From contig JAUWQO010000005.1 in NCBI GenBank assembly GCA_030610995.1, positions 1 to 59,714 of the forward strand: a stretch of 59,714 nucleotides of DNA, in the 5' to 3' direction. The number at the start of each line of letters is the position of its first letter. Position 1 is the stretch's first letter. Both the position numbers and the translations under genes were made by a program. Origin of the DNA: Desulfobacterales bacterium. GTDB lineage: Bacteria > Desulfobacterota > Desulfobacteria > Desulfobacterales > ETH-SRB1. Of this stretch, positions 28,040 through 38,377 are shown piece after piece. The notes below the pieces were generated by a model, which saw only the letters and a program-made list of their open reading frames with translations, was not told the origin of the DNA and ran no database searches.

Positions 28040-28085
28040 GGGGTCAATAACATTCCGGCCTTACCGGAATTTAAGATGTCACCCT
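28040..28085. repeat. GGGGTCA...AAGATGTCACCC mini-element
   Basis: Counterpart of 21794-21875. Confidence 0.6.
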
Positions 28086-28100
28086 TATATCTTTCGTTAT

Positions 28101-28523
28101 CTACATAATGTACATTGTATCCACCCTGTCCTGTTGTTTTAGAAATTCAAGTTGTTCATCAATTGTCGAAAACATAGAAAGGTCCAATTCTTCGAACTCA
28201 TCAGGACCGGTATTCGTTTTTCTAACGACATTTTGAATAATATCCTCTAATTGGTCTTTTGAAATTTCGGGAACTCTGGTGACAGAGCTTTTCTGCGGGA
28301 CACCACTTACGATCTTGAAATTATAGCTCACCATTTCAAACATTCCATTGGTCTTTTCTTTTGTTAATATTCGATATTCAAAATGCTCACGACGTCCAGC
28401 CATGGGACGAAAATAATAGAATTTATACAATCGTTCACCCTTACTTATCCGCAGTAAATAGTTGTCATCTTTAGTCTGTGACTTTTTTCTCTTTACGTTT
28501 TTTATTCGCTTCTTCATACCCAA
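28101..28523 (-). CDS. Hypothetical protein
   Basis: 140 aa; starts 2 bp after the DprA-like stop, so likely in the same operon. Confidence 0.75.
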   Translation of the reverse strand: MGMKKRIKNVKRKKSQTKDDNYLLRISKGERLYKFYYFRPMAGRREHFEYRILTKEKTNGMFEMVSYNFKIVSGVPQKSSVTRVPEISKDQLEDIIQNVVRKTNTGPDEFEELDLSMFSTIDEQLEFLKQQDRVDTMYIM

Positions 28524-28525
28524 TA

Positions 28526-29161
28526 CTACTTATCAATGCTTGCCCACAGGGAAACATTGTCCATGTTTACAGGGCGCGCACCCATTTTAATAAGGTTTTT
28601 ATTGTAATCACTTTCAAAGGTATAAATTGGTTTTTGCCAAGAAAGAATCTGCCGGCAGAGTTCTTCGGTTTTACTGGATGATTCGGCATGGATCACGAAA
28701 ATAACGGCAGACATGGCTGCGACAAATAGATTGCGATAATGGGACCTCTTGGCAGAAATGCGTTGTTGATTTTCATCAAATGGGGAGAGAAAAAGCAGCC
28801 GATCGTCTTTCAGGGGTTTTTTATATTCTTTATTTATCCGCATTTTATTTATACTTCTGGCAGGACAGATGATGACGGGCTGGGTGCCGCGTAAAAGTAT
28901 TGTGAGGCATTCACGTTCCATTGGCGAATGGAATCCGCTGATAACTGTCATGCCGGCATTCCTTAAAATTTGCGCGATGTCGTAGGTTTTTACTATCAGA
29001 TCGCCAGGACATTTTGTCGAGCAAAAAAAGGCTGTTGAGTTATGGCGGAGGATGTCGAGGTTTCCGATGGCCGTGATCGCGTCCGGAGCGTCTTTGCCCA
29101 GGTGCTGCTGTAAGGCTGATGGATAATTCGGGTCGTTTTTCTTCAGGCTAATTGTATCCAT
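28526..29161 (-). CDS. Short DprA/Smf-like (SLOG fold) protein
   Basis: DPNYPSAL, IGNLDIL, VISGFHSPME, RNLFVAAMS; lacks the SAM and winged-helix domains of canonical DprA. Confidence 0.8.
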   Translation of the reverse strand: MDTISLKKNDPNYPSALQQHLGKDAPDAITAIGNLDILRHNSTAFFCSTKCPGDLIVKTYDIAQILRNAGMTVISGFHSPMERECLTILLRGTQPVIICPARSINKMRINKEYKKPLKDDRLLFLSPFDENQQRISAKRSHYRNLFVAAMSAVIFVIHAESSSKTEELCRQILSWQKPIYTFESDYNKNLIKMGARPVNMDNVSLWASIDK

Positions 29162-29164
29162 CTC

Positions 29165-32100
29165 TCAGCCTAATCCCGTTCGATACTTGATGTCGTAGTT
29201 GATGATAAAGTCGAGTTCTTCGTCTGTAAAGCCGTAATGTTTTGCTAAAGCTCTGTCGATTTCATCTATTAATGATTTGGTTTTATTCGGTCTGTATTGC
29301 TCATAGGTCATTTTTCCAATTCGCATCTCTTTTGTCGCTTTAAGAGTTCGTTGATGGTCATAACCCAAGTTTTTAAGTTTTCTACCTATATCAGGGTTCA
29401 GGTCAATGAAAATTTTACCATTGTCAACCATTGTCAAATGCCGACAATCAGAATATTTTCTCCACAACCAATAAAAAGTTGTTGAGTTGAAAACAGCACA
29501 TATTGCCAACTGCGTCTCACAATCCTTTACAAAACGATTTTTGTATTCATTAGACGCTTGTATCTCATCAAAAGCTCTGAGCCAGTAGCCACCAGTGCCC
29601 CCGCTTATTGCAACCAATTGGCCTGTATCTGTAAAATAGGTAGTAACGTTTTTCTTGTTATTTTCAATTTTTTTCACAACACTCAACTCTATATCATTTG
29701 AAAATTTTCCCCAGCCCCCGTCCCTTGATTGAAACCCCGACTCTACGTAGCATACTAATTTAAGTATATTTTCACGCTCATTTTTCAGCCAATGCTTAAA
29801 ACCAGCTGACATAAATGATGAAATCTTATCAAATGACTTTTGGAGAATACATATAGACAGAATTTGATGGACCCCACTAAAAAGGCAACTTGGTCTGTCT
29901 GCAAAGCTAGAATAGTAAATATGTAAAGCAGTTCTCTCCATTTCTTGTCTTAGATTTGACATTCGAGGTGTAGCGCCCAATGAAACTGGAACAATCATTC
30001 CAAAAAAGCAATTATTATTCAAAAGAGCTATAGAGCGCTCTATTACAAACGCATACAGGTTCCCACAACTTTCTGTTTTGTACCCCTTTACCAAATAATT
30101 CTTTCGCATTTTCTTGTATTCTACATACGGCGGATTCCCAATAATTACATCAAACCCGCCTTCATTAATAATCCCATAAAACTCGCTAAACCAATGAAAA
30201 GGCTGGTGGCTTTCACGCCATTGGGCGAACTCCTTGTTGTATTTTTTCTCAGAAGTCACACTGTTTTGGCGAATATCATACTCTGATGCCAGGTAACGAT
30301 CCAGTTCGTCTGCAAGGAGCTTTAACCTGCTGCTAAGTTTCTGTTTGGCATCAGAAAAATCATTTGTATCCATTCCGTGCTCTGTCTGCATCTGCCGAAA
30401 TTTCTTGAATGCCATGTCAGCAATTTCGGCCTTTTCCTCTATCCGACCTAAGGCATCAAGATCCTCCGGAAACAATAGTCTTCCTTGTTTTTGCTTGCCT
30501 GCTTCAGACATAGTAATTGCTTCCCTGACTTCATCCTTGTTTGCAAAACCCACGAGTGTGTTTCCCGCCCGGATATTAAAATCAATGTCCGGCAGCGGCT
30601 CGATCTTATCAACACTATCAACCTGGGCAACCAGTTTGAGAAATAGGCGAAGCTTGCAGATTTCTGTTGCTTCCTCCATGATGTCCACACCGTACAGGTT
30701 GCTTAGTATGATCGACTTGAGGATGAAATAGCGGCGGTTTGGGTGCTCCTCTATCCGTTTGAGGATTTTTCGAAAATCACCGAATTTGTCGGAGCGGTGT
30801 TTCTGTCCTGAGCTTTCCAGTTCATCAAGAAAAACCTGCATCCGGTCAAGACACGCCTCGTAAAGGGGTTCAAGGATATTCAGAGCGGCAAAAAGGAAGG
30901 CACCTGACCCGCAAGTCGGGTCCAAAACGTTCATCCCTGGCTGAAATTGCTCATTCGACTTTTCCGGTATCCGGCCTGCTATGGTATAGTAAATGGCGCG
31001 GAGCAGTTCAGGGCCTTCACAGTTTTCAATCACGTCCTGGGCAAACTGGCGGATGTCGAGATTATATGTGATAAGATCGTTGATGGAACTGATTCCACCC
31101 CTTGTAAGTTTGCCATAGACTTCTTCGTAACGCTGCCGCCGTGCCACCACCTCCCGCCAGATTTCGGTAGGCAGGGCATATTCCGGGCTTGCAGGTTTGT
31201 TCCACTCGGTGCGCTTTGAAACATTCTTTATTCCGGCAGCGATTTCTTGGGGCAGGTCTAATTTTACTCCTTTTTTTACAACATCATAAATATAACGGTC
31301 AGGATCTTCCTTGAGCAGCCGCCATACAGACTGCTCACCTTCAAAGGCGATTTTGCACTTCTTTTGGGACTGATCAAAGAGAAATGGGATGATGGTGTTT
31401 TTGCTGATATACTCTGTGATATCCTCTTTGGTGTAATAAGCACCCATCTGTTTCTGGTTGATGTATTTTTCAAAGATATAGCCAAGAACATCCGGGTTGA
31501 TTTCATTGTCAGCCTTTAGCCGACGCTCATCAAGATGCCATTGGTACTGCTCAAAAAAAGCGAAGAGATTTTCAAATGCCGCATCCTCGATCTGAATCTC
31601 TTTTCCGTGCAGATTTTCAATCTGGTGTCTTTGAAAAAGGCCTCCATCAAGATAAGGCACCTTGCCCAAAAGCCTGTTTGTTTCCGGGGTGCGGTCTTCC
31701 TCTTTTTTGGCAAAGCCCTCAAAAAAGAGCGGGCAGAGAAAGTTCTTGTAATATCCATTTTTGCTGTGTTCTTTGCTCTTATGCAGGCAAGATCTCAGGT
31801 AATCTGTATTATTATCGAGAAAGCCTTTTTTCTGGATAAAATAGATAAACATCAGGCGGTTTAACATGACAGATATATACCACCTCTGCAACTTGTCTTC
31901 AGGAATGCCTTTCAGAAATTCCGAGAACTTTTCGTGTTCCGTCTTGAACCGGTCGTAGAACTTCTTTGTGACTTTTTCTACATCAAATGCCTTTTTAGCG
32001 CGTCGGCCCACTTCGATAATGGTCAGTTGTTCCTCTTCTTCAAGACTGAATGCCAGATTATCGATTTTCTGGATAAGCGAATCGCCGGACTGCTTTGCAT

Positions 32101-32458
32101 AATAGGTGTGCTCCCGGCATTGAGCAGGCTTAACGGACTGCCGTTTCACCCATTGCCAAACCTGCCTGGTCTTATCCGCATTGAGATAAATGATCAGATG
32201 CTCGTGATGGGATTTTGCAACCTGTCGTTCAATCTTTCGCCGAATTGAGTAATCAGGCATTGATCCATTAGTTGCCGGCCCACACACAAAAACAACTATG
32301 CCGCGTTTTTCTGCAATAGCGCCAAGTATGAAGTTCTGGCCGTCAACCGGAATGTCAAGGATAGAGGTATAATGATCCCATCCTAACTCTTCGATGAACA
32401 GGGTTTTGAAGTCAAACTCCCGGAGGAGCCTTCGGGTTCTTTCAAGGTTAAGAGGCAT
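29165..32458 (-). CDS. Eco57I-like N6-adenine DNA methyltransferase with C-terminal target-recognition region
   Basis: GAYYT, LDPTCGSGAFL (motif I), YGVDI, GNPPY (motif IV). Confidence 0.92.
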   Translation of the reverse strand: MPLNLERTRRLLREFDFKTLFIEELGWDHYTSILDIPVDGQNFILGAIAEKRGIVVFVCGPATNGSMPDYSIRRKIERQVAKSHHEHLIIYLNADKTRQVWQWVKRQSVKPAQCREHTYYAKQSGDSLIQKIDNLAFSLEEEEQLTIIEVGRRAKKAFDVEKVTKKFYDRFKTEHEKFSEFLKGIPEDKLQRWYISVMLNRLMFIYFIQKKGFLDNNTDYLRSCLHKSKEHSKNGYYKNFLCPLFFEGFAKKEEDRTPETNRLLGKVPYLDGGLFQRHQIENLHGKEIQIEDAAFENLFAFFEQYQWHLDERRLKADNEINPDVLGYIFEKYINQKQMGAYYTKEDITEYISKNTIIPFLFDQSQKKCKIAFEGEQSVWRLLKEDPDRYIYDVVKKGVKLDLPQEIAAGIKNVSKRTEWNKPASPEYALPTEIWREVVARRQRYEEVYGKLTRGGISSINDLITYNLDIRQFAQDVIENCEGPELLRAIYYTIAGRIPEKSNEQFQPGMNVLDPTCGSGAFLFAALNILEPLYEACLDRMQVFLDELESSGQKHRSDKFGDFRKILKRIEEHPNRRYFILKSIILSNLYGVDIMEEATEICKLRLFLKLVAQVDSVDKIEPLPDIDFNIRAGNTLVGFANKDEVREAITMSEAGKQKQGRLLFPEDLDALGRIEEKAEIADMAFKKFRQMQTEHGMDTNDFSDAKQKLSSRLKLLADELDRYLASEYDIRQNSVTSEKKYNKEFAQWRESHQPFHWFSEFYGIINEGGFDVIIGNPPYVEYKKMRKNYLVKGYKTESCGNLYAFVIERSIALLNNNCFFGMIVPVSLGATPRMSNLRQEMERTALHIYYSSFADRPSCLFSGVHQILSICILQKSFDKISSFMSAGFKHWLKNERENILKLVCYVESGFQSRDGGWGKFSNDIELSVVKKIENNKKNVTTYFTDTGQLVAISGGTGGYWLRAFDEIQASNEYKNRFVKDCETQLAICAVFNSTTFYWLWRKYSDCRHLTMVDNGKIFIDLNPDIGRKLKNLGYDHQRTLKATKEMRIGKMTYEQYRPNKTKSLIDEIDRALAKHYGFTDEELDFIINYDIKYRTGLG

Positions 32459-32481
32459 AGTCCTGAAATGGTCTCCTTATG

Positions 32482-35400
32482 CTATAGGTTTTTTTCCACC
32501 AGACCCAAAGAACAGATGATTTTCGGTTCACGTACTTCCCCATCCTCTTTATGAATAAGACAGAGGCGGTCTTCTTCTCTGAGCGCAGTAACCAGTTGGG
32601 CTAAAGCCATATTCGATATGCCGCTTCGAAGCTGACGGTTTAAGGTATCGATAGCGGATTGGCGTAAAGGATAACGGTAGATATCCTCTATTGCGCTAAG
32701 CAATTCCCTTGACTCAAACAGCGTGCCTTCGACTTCCCCTGCATAGTCTTTAAGCCGTTCATAAGTGCGAAAACGCGCGCCCGAAGGTCTTCCCAACTGG
32801 CCGCCGATGTGTCGTTCTTCTTCAATCAGGAGATCAACACCTTTTTTTACCAGTTCGTGATGATTTTCATGCCGGGGGATGGCTGCTGTATCAGGACGGC
32901 ATTTTGCCGCTTTAAGGATTTCAAACTGTGATTCCGTTACACTGCCGCCTTTTTGGTCAATCCAGGCAAGAGCATCGTTTCCTTCACCTGTCCGCATATA
33001 AACCAAAACCCCTTCCGGTTTTGTGCTTTCTGATTTAAGCTCTTTTGTGGAATAGACTACTGAAGGCATGGCAGGAATGATTTTCTTCAATTTTGGATCA
33101 GCATCTGTAGCGTTTTTCCAGATCTGATAAGCATAGGATGCAAGATCTACCTCTGTATCATCATCTCCATCCAGAATTCCTGCTTTTTCATTGTAAAGGT
33201 CTACTACCGCCTGATCATTGCAGTCATCTTCAAAGAATGCTTCGTCAGTACCGACAACCTCCGCATTTTCCTGCAATCTTAACCGCACTCGATCCCTAAG
33301 ACGAATGATACGCTCCACTCCCTCTGCTGGAAGAAAGGAGTAGCAAAGAATATTTTCCGCTTTCTGACCGATTCGATCAACACGCCCGGCACGCTGGATC
33401 AATCGAATAATGGCCCAAGGCAAATCGTAGTTAACCACAATAAAGCAATCCTGCAAATTTTGACCTTCGCTGAGGACGTCTGTTGCAACAAGAACCCGCA
33501 GTTCATCATCAGATTTAATTCGTCCGCGCTTTTCATTACTTTCCGGGCTGAAACGCCAGGCAAGAGCTGTTGGGTCCGGCGAACCTCCTGTCACGCCTGA
33601 CAAGCTTAATACACCACTGAGTTTCAAGTGTTTTTCCAGATAGCGCACAGTATCGGCAAACTGGGTAAAAACAATAACTTTCTCACCGGGATGTTTTTCA
33701 ACCATTAATTTGTGCAAAGCTTCCAGCTTGGTGTCTTTAGTCGAATTCCAATCACCGCATTTTTTTAGCATTCTTAAAAGAGCATTTCCGTCGCTTTGCA
33801 AATCGTTTGCCAGAGCCTTGATAAAAAGTTCCGGACGCAGCCATTTGAAACGGTTTTTATATTCTGAGGCGTATTTTGCATAAATTTCAGCAGCCCGATT
33901 TTTGTAGTCTTTCTCGAACTTTAGCGATCCTTTCTCATCAATCTCATTTTCACCTGTATTATCTTCATTATCGAACAGGTCTGATGTAATGCTCGTTGCA
34001 TCGGCATCTTCATCGAAAATACGGGCATCTAACAATCCGGCATCCTGGGTGCCGACAGGAAGAGGCTGACCTCGCTCGATAGCGTGAAGAAAAATATAAT
34101 TGCGCAGAATGTGTCGTTCTATAGATAGAATGAATGCCTGCCCGCTGCTCTCCAGCCGCTTGAAAATATTGGTACGGCAAAAACCCATGAGCCTTTTCCC
34201 TGCGCGGGAAAGATCGTTCAATGCTCTAATTTCAGATTGAGTGGGCGGTTTTCGGTGGGATTCCTTCACATAATTACCTAATCCGTAGCGAGGAAGTCTT
34301 AAGCTGTTGATTGTATCGACTACATCCGAAGCATAAAGTTTTGCATACTGATCATCAGGATCATTATCGTCGATCTTGAACTTTATCGTCTTTGGAACTC
34401 GCGCAGGAAAATAAGATCGGGTTCCATCTTCAAATGTAAGGTATTTGCGTCCGTTTTCAGGATCGGTTTCCGCATAGTTATCCTGAATAAAACTCCTTGT
34501 GCGCCTTACAAGGAAAAGGCGCATGAGTTCGCGCCAGTCATCTGCATATTCGCTCTTTTCAAAAGCAGCCAGAGAACGTATGTGGCACTGATGCTGACGT
34601 CTGAACTCAATCTCACCCATATCCTTTAACAATCGTTCAGGCCGGATGGTTAATTCTTTATCTTCAGAAACAAAAAGGCGCAACTGGTTTGATAGATCAA
34701 GGTAGGTTTTGTTGTAAGGTGTGGCTGAGAGAAGAATAACTTTACTCTCATTTTCGTTAATGTATTCCTGGATCGCATGATAGCGTTTACCTTCACGGTT
34801 GCGCAGGTTATGACTTTCATCTATTAAAACAAGCCTGAATCGCCTCAAGTCCGGTAACTGGCTGATAACCTGGCCGATGGAAAGTACTCTTGCGCGAAGG
34901 CGATACCTGTCACGATAGTCTTTCCACATATCTACCAGATTCCTGGGGCAGATGATCAATGTTTCCAAACCCAGGTCATCCTCAAGGATACGTGCAACAG
35001 CAGTTGCCATGAGGGTTTTGCCCAGGCCCACTACATCACCGATCAGAACTCCTCCTCTCTTATTGATATGGTGTGCGGCGATTTTTACGGCAGCTTTTTG
35101 AAATTCAAAAAGTTTTTGACCGAACTCCCGTGGAATCCGGAATTCAGAAAGACCCGCGCGAGCCTCTCGCGAGAGATGGTATGCCATTTTAATGTATATA
35201 TGATAAGGAGGGATCGGCTCTTCACGCGCCCAGCTTTCACCAATAATCTGGACCAGCTCATCTGAGATATCGATACACCAGCGGTCATTCCAGCGGTCAT
35301 CAAACCATTGGGCGAGTTTTTTACACGCGTCATGGTCAAGCACGTCTATATTTAATTCACCCTGCCTTGACAAGCCTGAAAAAGTCAGATTGCTGCTCCC

Positions 35401-35874
35401 AAGATATCCTGTGGCGGGATTGACCGGATCAGGCCGGAAAAGCAGATATAGCTTTGCATGTAAAGGGTGTCTAAGGAACAATTTAACGACAACTTTTTTT
35501 GCTTTAATCTGAGCGGCTAACCGGCGCAGGCCGGTTTCGTCTTTGTTTGTAGGCGCGCCGACCATCAGTTGATCCCGGAACTCCTCGGCTAATTTTTTCT
35601 TAAGACGAATTGCTGTCTGGTTATCCATGCCGCTATCGGCTTTTGAAAGCCTCATTACCTGCCGCAATTCATCCTGAGGCAATTTCTGCATTCCTACAAG
35701 AAGGCGGCAACAATGGCCTTCATTTCCAGACCATGTCTCGATATATGAATCTAATTCTTTCCAGCCACGAAGGTTGAAATATCCTACACAAAAATCTGCG
35801 CGATCGGATAATTCAAGGGTTTCCTGAAGAGCAGGAAGAAGGCTTGCTTCTATGTTGTCAAAAATGCGCGGCAT
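32482..35874 (-). CDS. PLD (HKD) nuclease fused to SNF2-like superfamily 2 helicase
   Basis: LHAKLY...GSSNLT, DVVGLGKT, DESH, SATP, SEGQNLQ, QRAGRVDR. Confidence 0.92.
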   Translation of the reverse strand: MPRIFDNIEASLLPALQETLELSDRADFCVGYFNLRGWKELDSYIETWSGNEGHCCRLLVGMQKLPQDELRQVMRLSKADSGMDNQTAIRLKKKLAEEFRDQLMVGAPTNKDETGLRRLAAQIKAKKVVVKLFLRHPLHAKLYLLFRPDPVNPATGYLGSSNLTFSGLSRQGELNIDVLDHDACKKLAQWFDDRWNDRWCIDISDELVQIIGESWAREEPIPPYHIYIKMAYHLSREARAGLSEFRIPREFGQKLFEFQKAAVKIAAHHINKRGGVLIGDVVGLGKTLMATAVARILEDDLGLETLIICPRNLVDMWKDYRDRYRLRARVLSIGQVISQLPDLRRFRLVLIDESHNLRNREGKRYHAIQEYINENESKVILLSATPYNKTYLDLSNQLRLFVSEDKELTIRPERLLKDMGEIEFRRQHQCHIRSLAAFEKSEYADDWRELMRLFLVRRTRSFIQDNYAETDPENGRKYLTFEDGTRSYFPARVPKTIKFKIDDNDPDDQYAKLYASDVVDTINSLRLPRYGLGNYVKESHRKPPTQSEIRALNDLSRAGKRLMGFCRTNIFKRLESSGQAFILSIERHILRNYIFLHAIERGQPLPVGTQDAGLLDARIFDEDADATSITSDLFDNEDNTGENEIDEKGSLKFEKDYKNRAAEIYAKYASEYKNRFKWLRPELFIKALANDLQSDGNALLRMLKKCGDWNSTKDTKLEALHKLMVEKHPGEKVIVFTQFADTVRYLEKHLKLSGVLSLSGVTGGSPDPTALAWRFSPESNEKRGRIKSDDELRVLVATDVLSEGQNLQDCFIVVNYDLPWAIIRLIQRAGRVDRIGQKAENILCYSFLPAEGVERIIRLRDRVRLRLQENAEVVGTDEAFFEDDCNDQAVVDLYNEKAGILDGDDDTEVDLASYAYQIWKNATDADPKLKKIIPAMPSVVYSTKELKSESTKPEGVLVYMRTGEGNDALAWIDQKGGSVTESQFEILKAAKCRPDTAAIPRHENHHELVKKGVDLLIEEERHIGGQLGRPSGARFRTYERLKDYAGEVEGTLFESRELLSAIEDIYRYPLRQSAIDTLNRQLRSGISNMALAQLVTALREEDRLCLIHKEDGEVREPKIICSLGLVEKNL

Positions 35875-36116
35875 TAGAGTATCCTTTTTGAAGGGTTGAT
35901 TATTTTTGCCTTTCCGATGTCATCTATAATCTCGTAAGGTAAAAAAATCAATAAATCTATTGTGTTCCGCTAACGAAAGTCCGGGATGTTCCTCAGGTTA
36001 TAACTGATATCGTTAAGAAGGGAACGTGTGTGAGGATATTAATTGGAAAATAGGAAAATTGATAACGCGACAGTTCAATATAAAAAGAAAGGCACTATGT
36101 TAACATACTTGTTTGC

Positions 36117-37247
36117 TTACCGCTGCGCCTGATACCCGTTGGGAACCCCTTCCGGCGACAAAACTATCTGCCACACCTGGTTCATCCTTGCCCGGAAAGC
36201 ACCAGCACAGGACAGGAGATAAAATTTCCACATTCTGTAAAAACGCTCATTATAACTTTTTTTCAGAACATCCCAATTATCATAGAAATTTTTAAACCAG
36301 TGCATAAGTGTCTTATCATAGTAAGCGCCAAAACTATGCCAGTCTTCGAGAACAAATAACCCCTCAAAGGCTGTGCATAACTGTTTTGCAGACGGCAACA
36401 TGTAATCAGGGAATATGCAACGATCAATCCATGGATCAGTGCTTGTAACTGAAGAGTTTCCACCTATTGTATGCAGCAGAAAAAGCCCGTCCTTTTTAAG
36501 GTGCTTTTTAACTACACGCATAAATGTTGCATAATTTTTGCAACCAACATGCTCCATCATGCCGACTGAAAGAATGCGGTCAAAAACTCCATCAAGGCTG
36601 CGATAGTCCTGCATGCGGATTTCAACAGGAAGGCCTCGACAAAGCTCCTTCCCAACCTGATACTGTTTATCGGAAACCGTAATGCCGATAACTTCGACTT
36701 TGTAGCGCTGTGCAGCAAACTTTGCGGTTCCGCTCCATCCGCAGCCGATATCCAGAACCCGCATACCGGATCTTAAGCCCAGCTTACGGCAAATCAGATC
36801 CAGCTTTGCCTCCTGAGCCTGGTCCAGTGTTTTTGCATCCTTCCAGTAGGCGCAACTATAAATCATGCGCTTGTCAAGCATGCAGCGGTACAGATCGTTG
36901 CCCATATCATAATGGTGACGTCCTATCATGAAAGCGCGGGATGGTCTCTGCATGTTGACTATTTTAGCCTTCACAGTTTCAAATAAACAGGAAAACGGTT
37001 TGATCTTTTCATCCAGCCTGGCCCTGAAAACCTTATCAAATAATTGATCAAGCCTGTCACAATCCCACCAGCCGTCCATATATGATTCGCCGACACCCAG
37101 CGAACCCTTGGCTAAAAATCTTGCATACAGCTTATCATTATGAACCTGAATATCCCAGGGACGGTCGCCATTAATCTTAACATCGGCAAGGGATAATAAC
37201 TGTTCAACTTTATGACGGAATTTATCCTGATACATTTCCATCTCCAC
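36117..37247 (-). CDS. cfa: Cyclopropane-fatty-acyl-phospholipid synthase
   Basis: GESYMDGWW, HYDMGNDLY, YSCAYW, LDIGCGW, RMWKFYLLSCAGAF. Confidence 0.95.
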   Translation of the reverse strand: MEMEMYQDKFRHKVEQLLSLADVKINGDRPWDIQVHNDKLYARFLAKGSLGVGESYMDGWWDCDRLDQLFDKVFRARLDEKIKPFSCLFETVKAKIVNMQRPSRAFMIGRHHYDMGNDLYRCMLDKRMIYSCAYWKDAKTLDQAQEAKLDLICRKLGLRSGMRVLDIGCGWSGTAKFAAQRYKVEVIGITVSDKQYQVGKELCRGLPVEIRMQDYRSLDGVFDRILSVGMMEHVGCKNYATFMRVVKKHLKKDGLFLLHTIGGNSSVTSTDPWIDRCIFPDYMLPSAKQLCTAFEGLFVLEDWHSFGAYYDKTLMHWFKNFYDNWDVLKKSYNERFYRMWKFYLLSCAGAFRARMNQVWQIVLSPEGVPNGYQAQR

Positions 37248-37307
37248 GGCTATAAACTGTGTTTTTTGAAACGGTCAGGCTTATAAAGAATAAAACTTGA
37301 GTAACTT

Positions 37308-37487
37308 AGGACTCAAGCATAAATAACTTGAACATTTCGCATCCCAGCTTCAGCTCATCTTTGACCGATCCACAATCGCAAAATCCTCAAAATAGCCTGC
37401 TATTCCTCTAATTTTGCTCAATTGGATCAATCAAATCTAAACTAAATCTGAGCGCCAAAGTGTCCAAGTTGTTTATGATCGAGTCCT
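37308..37487. mobile_element. MITE-like element (180 bp, ~27 bp imperfect terminal inverted repeats)
   Basis: AGGACTCAAGCATAAATAACTTGAACA ... TGTCCAAGTTGTTTATGATCGAGTCCT; non-coding and internally palindromic. Confidence 0.7.
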
Positions 37488-37708
37488 TATTCTACGATCT
37501 TAAAATCCCAAATTTCTTCCTTATAAATATCTCGAAGCTTACTGGAAGCCTTTTCCGGCGTTTTAGCCCTCCATGTTAAAAGCAAATCATCGCCGGTCAT
37601 ACCTCCGACTTTATATGTCCAGCCATCCTCTTTTTTTACAATGTTCAGCGAAACAATCCCGCTATGTTTTTCACCTTTTGCGCTAACTTCAACTTTATTA
37701 ATAATCAT
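37487..37708 (-). CDS. Hypothetical protein
   Basis: 73 aa; AAGGA RBS; downstream of the MBL hydrolase. Confidence 0.65.
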   Translation of the reverse strand: MIINKVEVSAKGEKHSGIVSLNIVKKEDGWTYKVGGMTGDDLLLTWRAKTPEKASSKLRDIYKEEIWDFKIVE

Positions 37709-37741
37709 ATATTTTCCTTACACGGCTACCCGGCCTTGCGC

Positions 37742-38377
37742 TCATATTCTAATAACCCTGCCGGCGCCGCCCTCAATATATTTATCAGGATAAAGATACC
37801 TGATTTTTTCTTTGAATTGAGTGCAATGGGTTGGACAAATGCTTTCCAGATCTTGTATCAGATCAAACTCTTTGAATCCATGCAATCCGCCGATAAGAGT
37901 GACAACTCTGCCATAGTTTGAAGACGCCTGAAGAATTTCCCGAACACCAGGGTGAGAGCATCCGGCAACCACGACAACCCCCCCGTTGTATCTTATTACA
38001 AGGGATTGCTCCTGTGCTTTCAGCTCACCTGTTGAAAAAATATTTTCATGAATTGCAACAGGGCTCTTAACTCTTATTAATTCCTTTGATCCCTGGACCT
38101 CCTGGCAGGAACAAGGAATATAAAGCTTTGCGGGATTGATTTTAAGAAAAGATAAAAGCCCGCCAGTGTGGTCCCAATGGGCGTGCGAGATAAAAATTAT
38201 ATCAATTAGCGCAGGATCGATATTCAACTTTTTCATATTGCCAAGCAGGATATCGCCGTTTGCGCCTGTATCAAAAAGTATTTTCCTGTCAAAAGCCTCA
38301 ATCAGGCATGAAAAGCCCCAGTCAGGCTTAAGACTTTTATCAAACGCCTCATTGTCATATATGATGGTGATTTTCAT
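37742..38377 (-). CDS. Metallo-beta-lactamase-fold hydrolase
   Basis: LFDTG, SHAHWDHTGG, GCSHPG, GGLH, HCT. Confidence 0.92.
   Translation of the reverse strand: MKITIIYDNEAFDKSLKPDWGFSCLIEAFDRKILFDTGANGDILLGNMKKLNIDPALIDIIFISHAHWDHTGGLLSFLKINPAKLYIPCSCQEVQGSKELIRVKSPVAIHENIFSTGELKAQEQSLVIRYNGGVVVVAGCSHPGVREILQASSNYGRVVTLIGGLHGFKEFDLIQDLESICPTHCTQFKEKIRYLYPDKYIEGGAGRVIRI

Noticed and set aside
35960-36020. Possible dif/Xer or att site at the island's right border (AAAGTCCGGGA, similar to 6941 and 21898)
   Set aside because: No convincing 11-6-11 dyad; the motif is too short to support.
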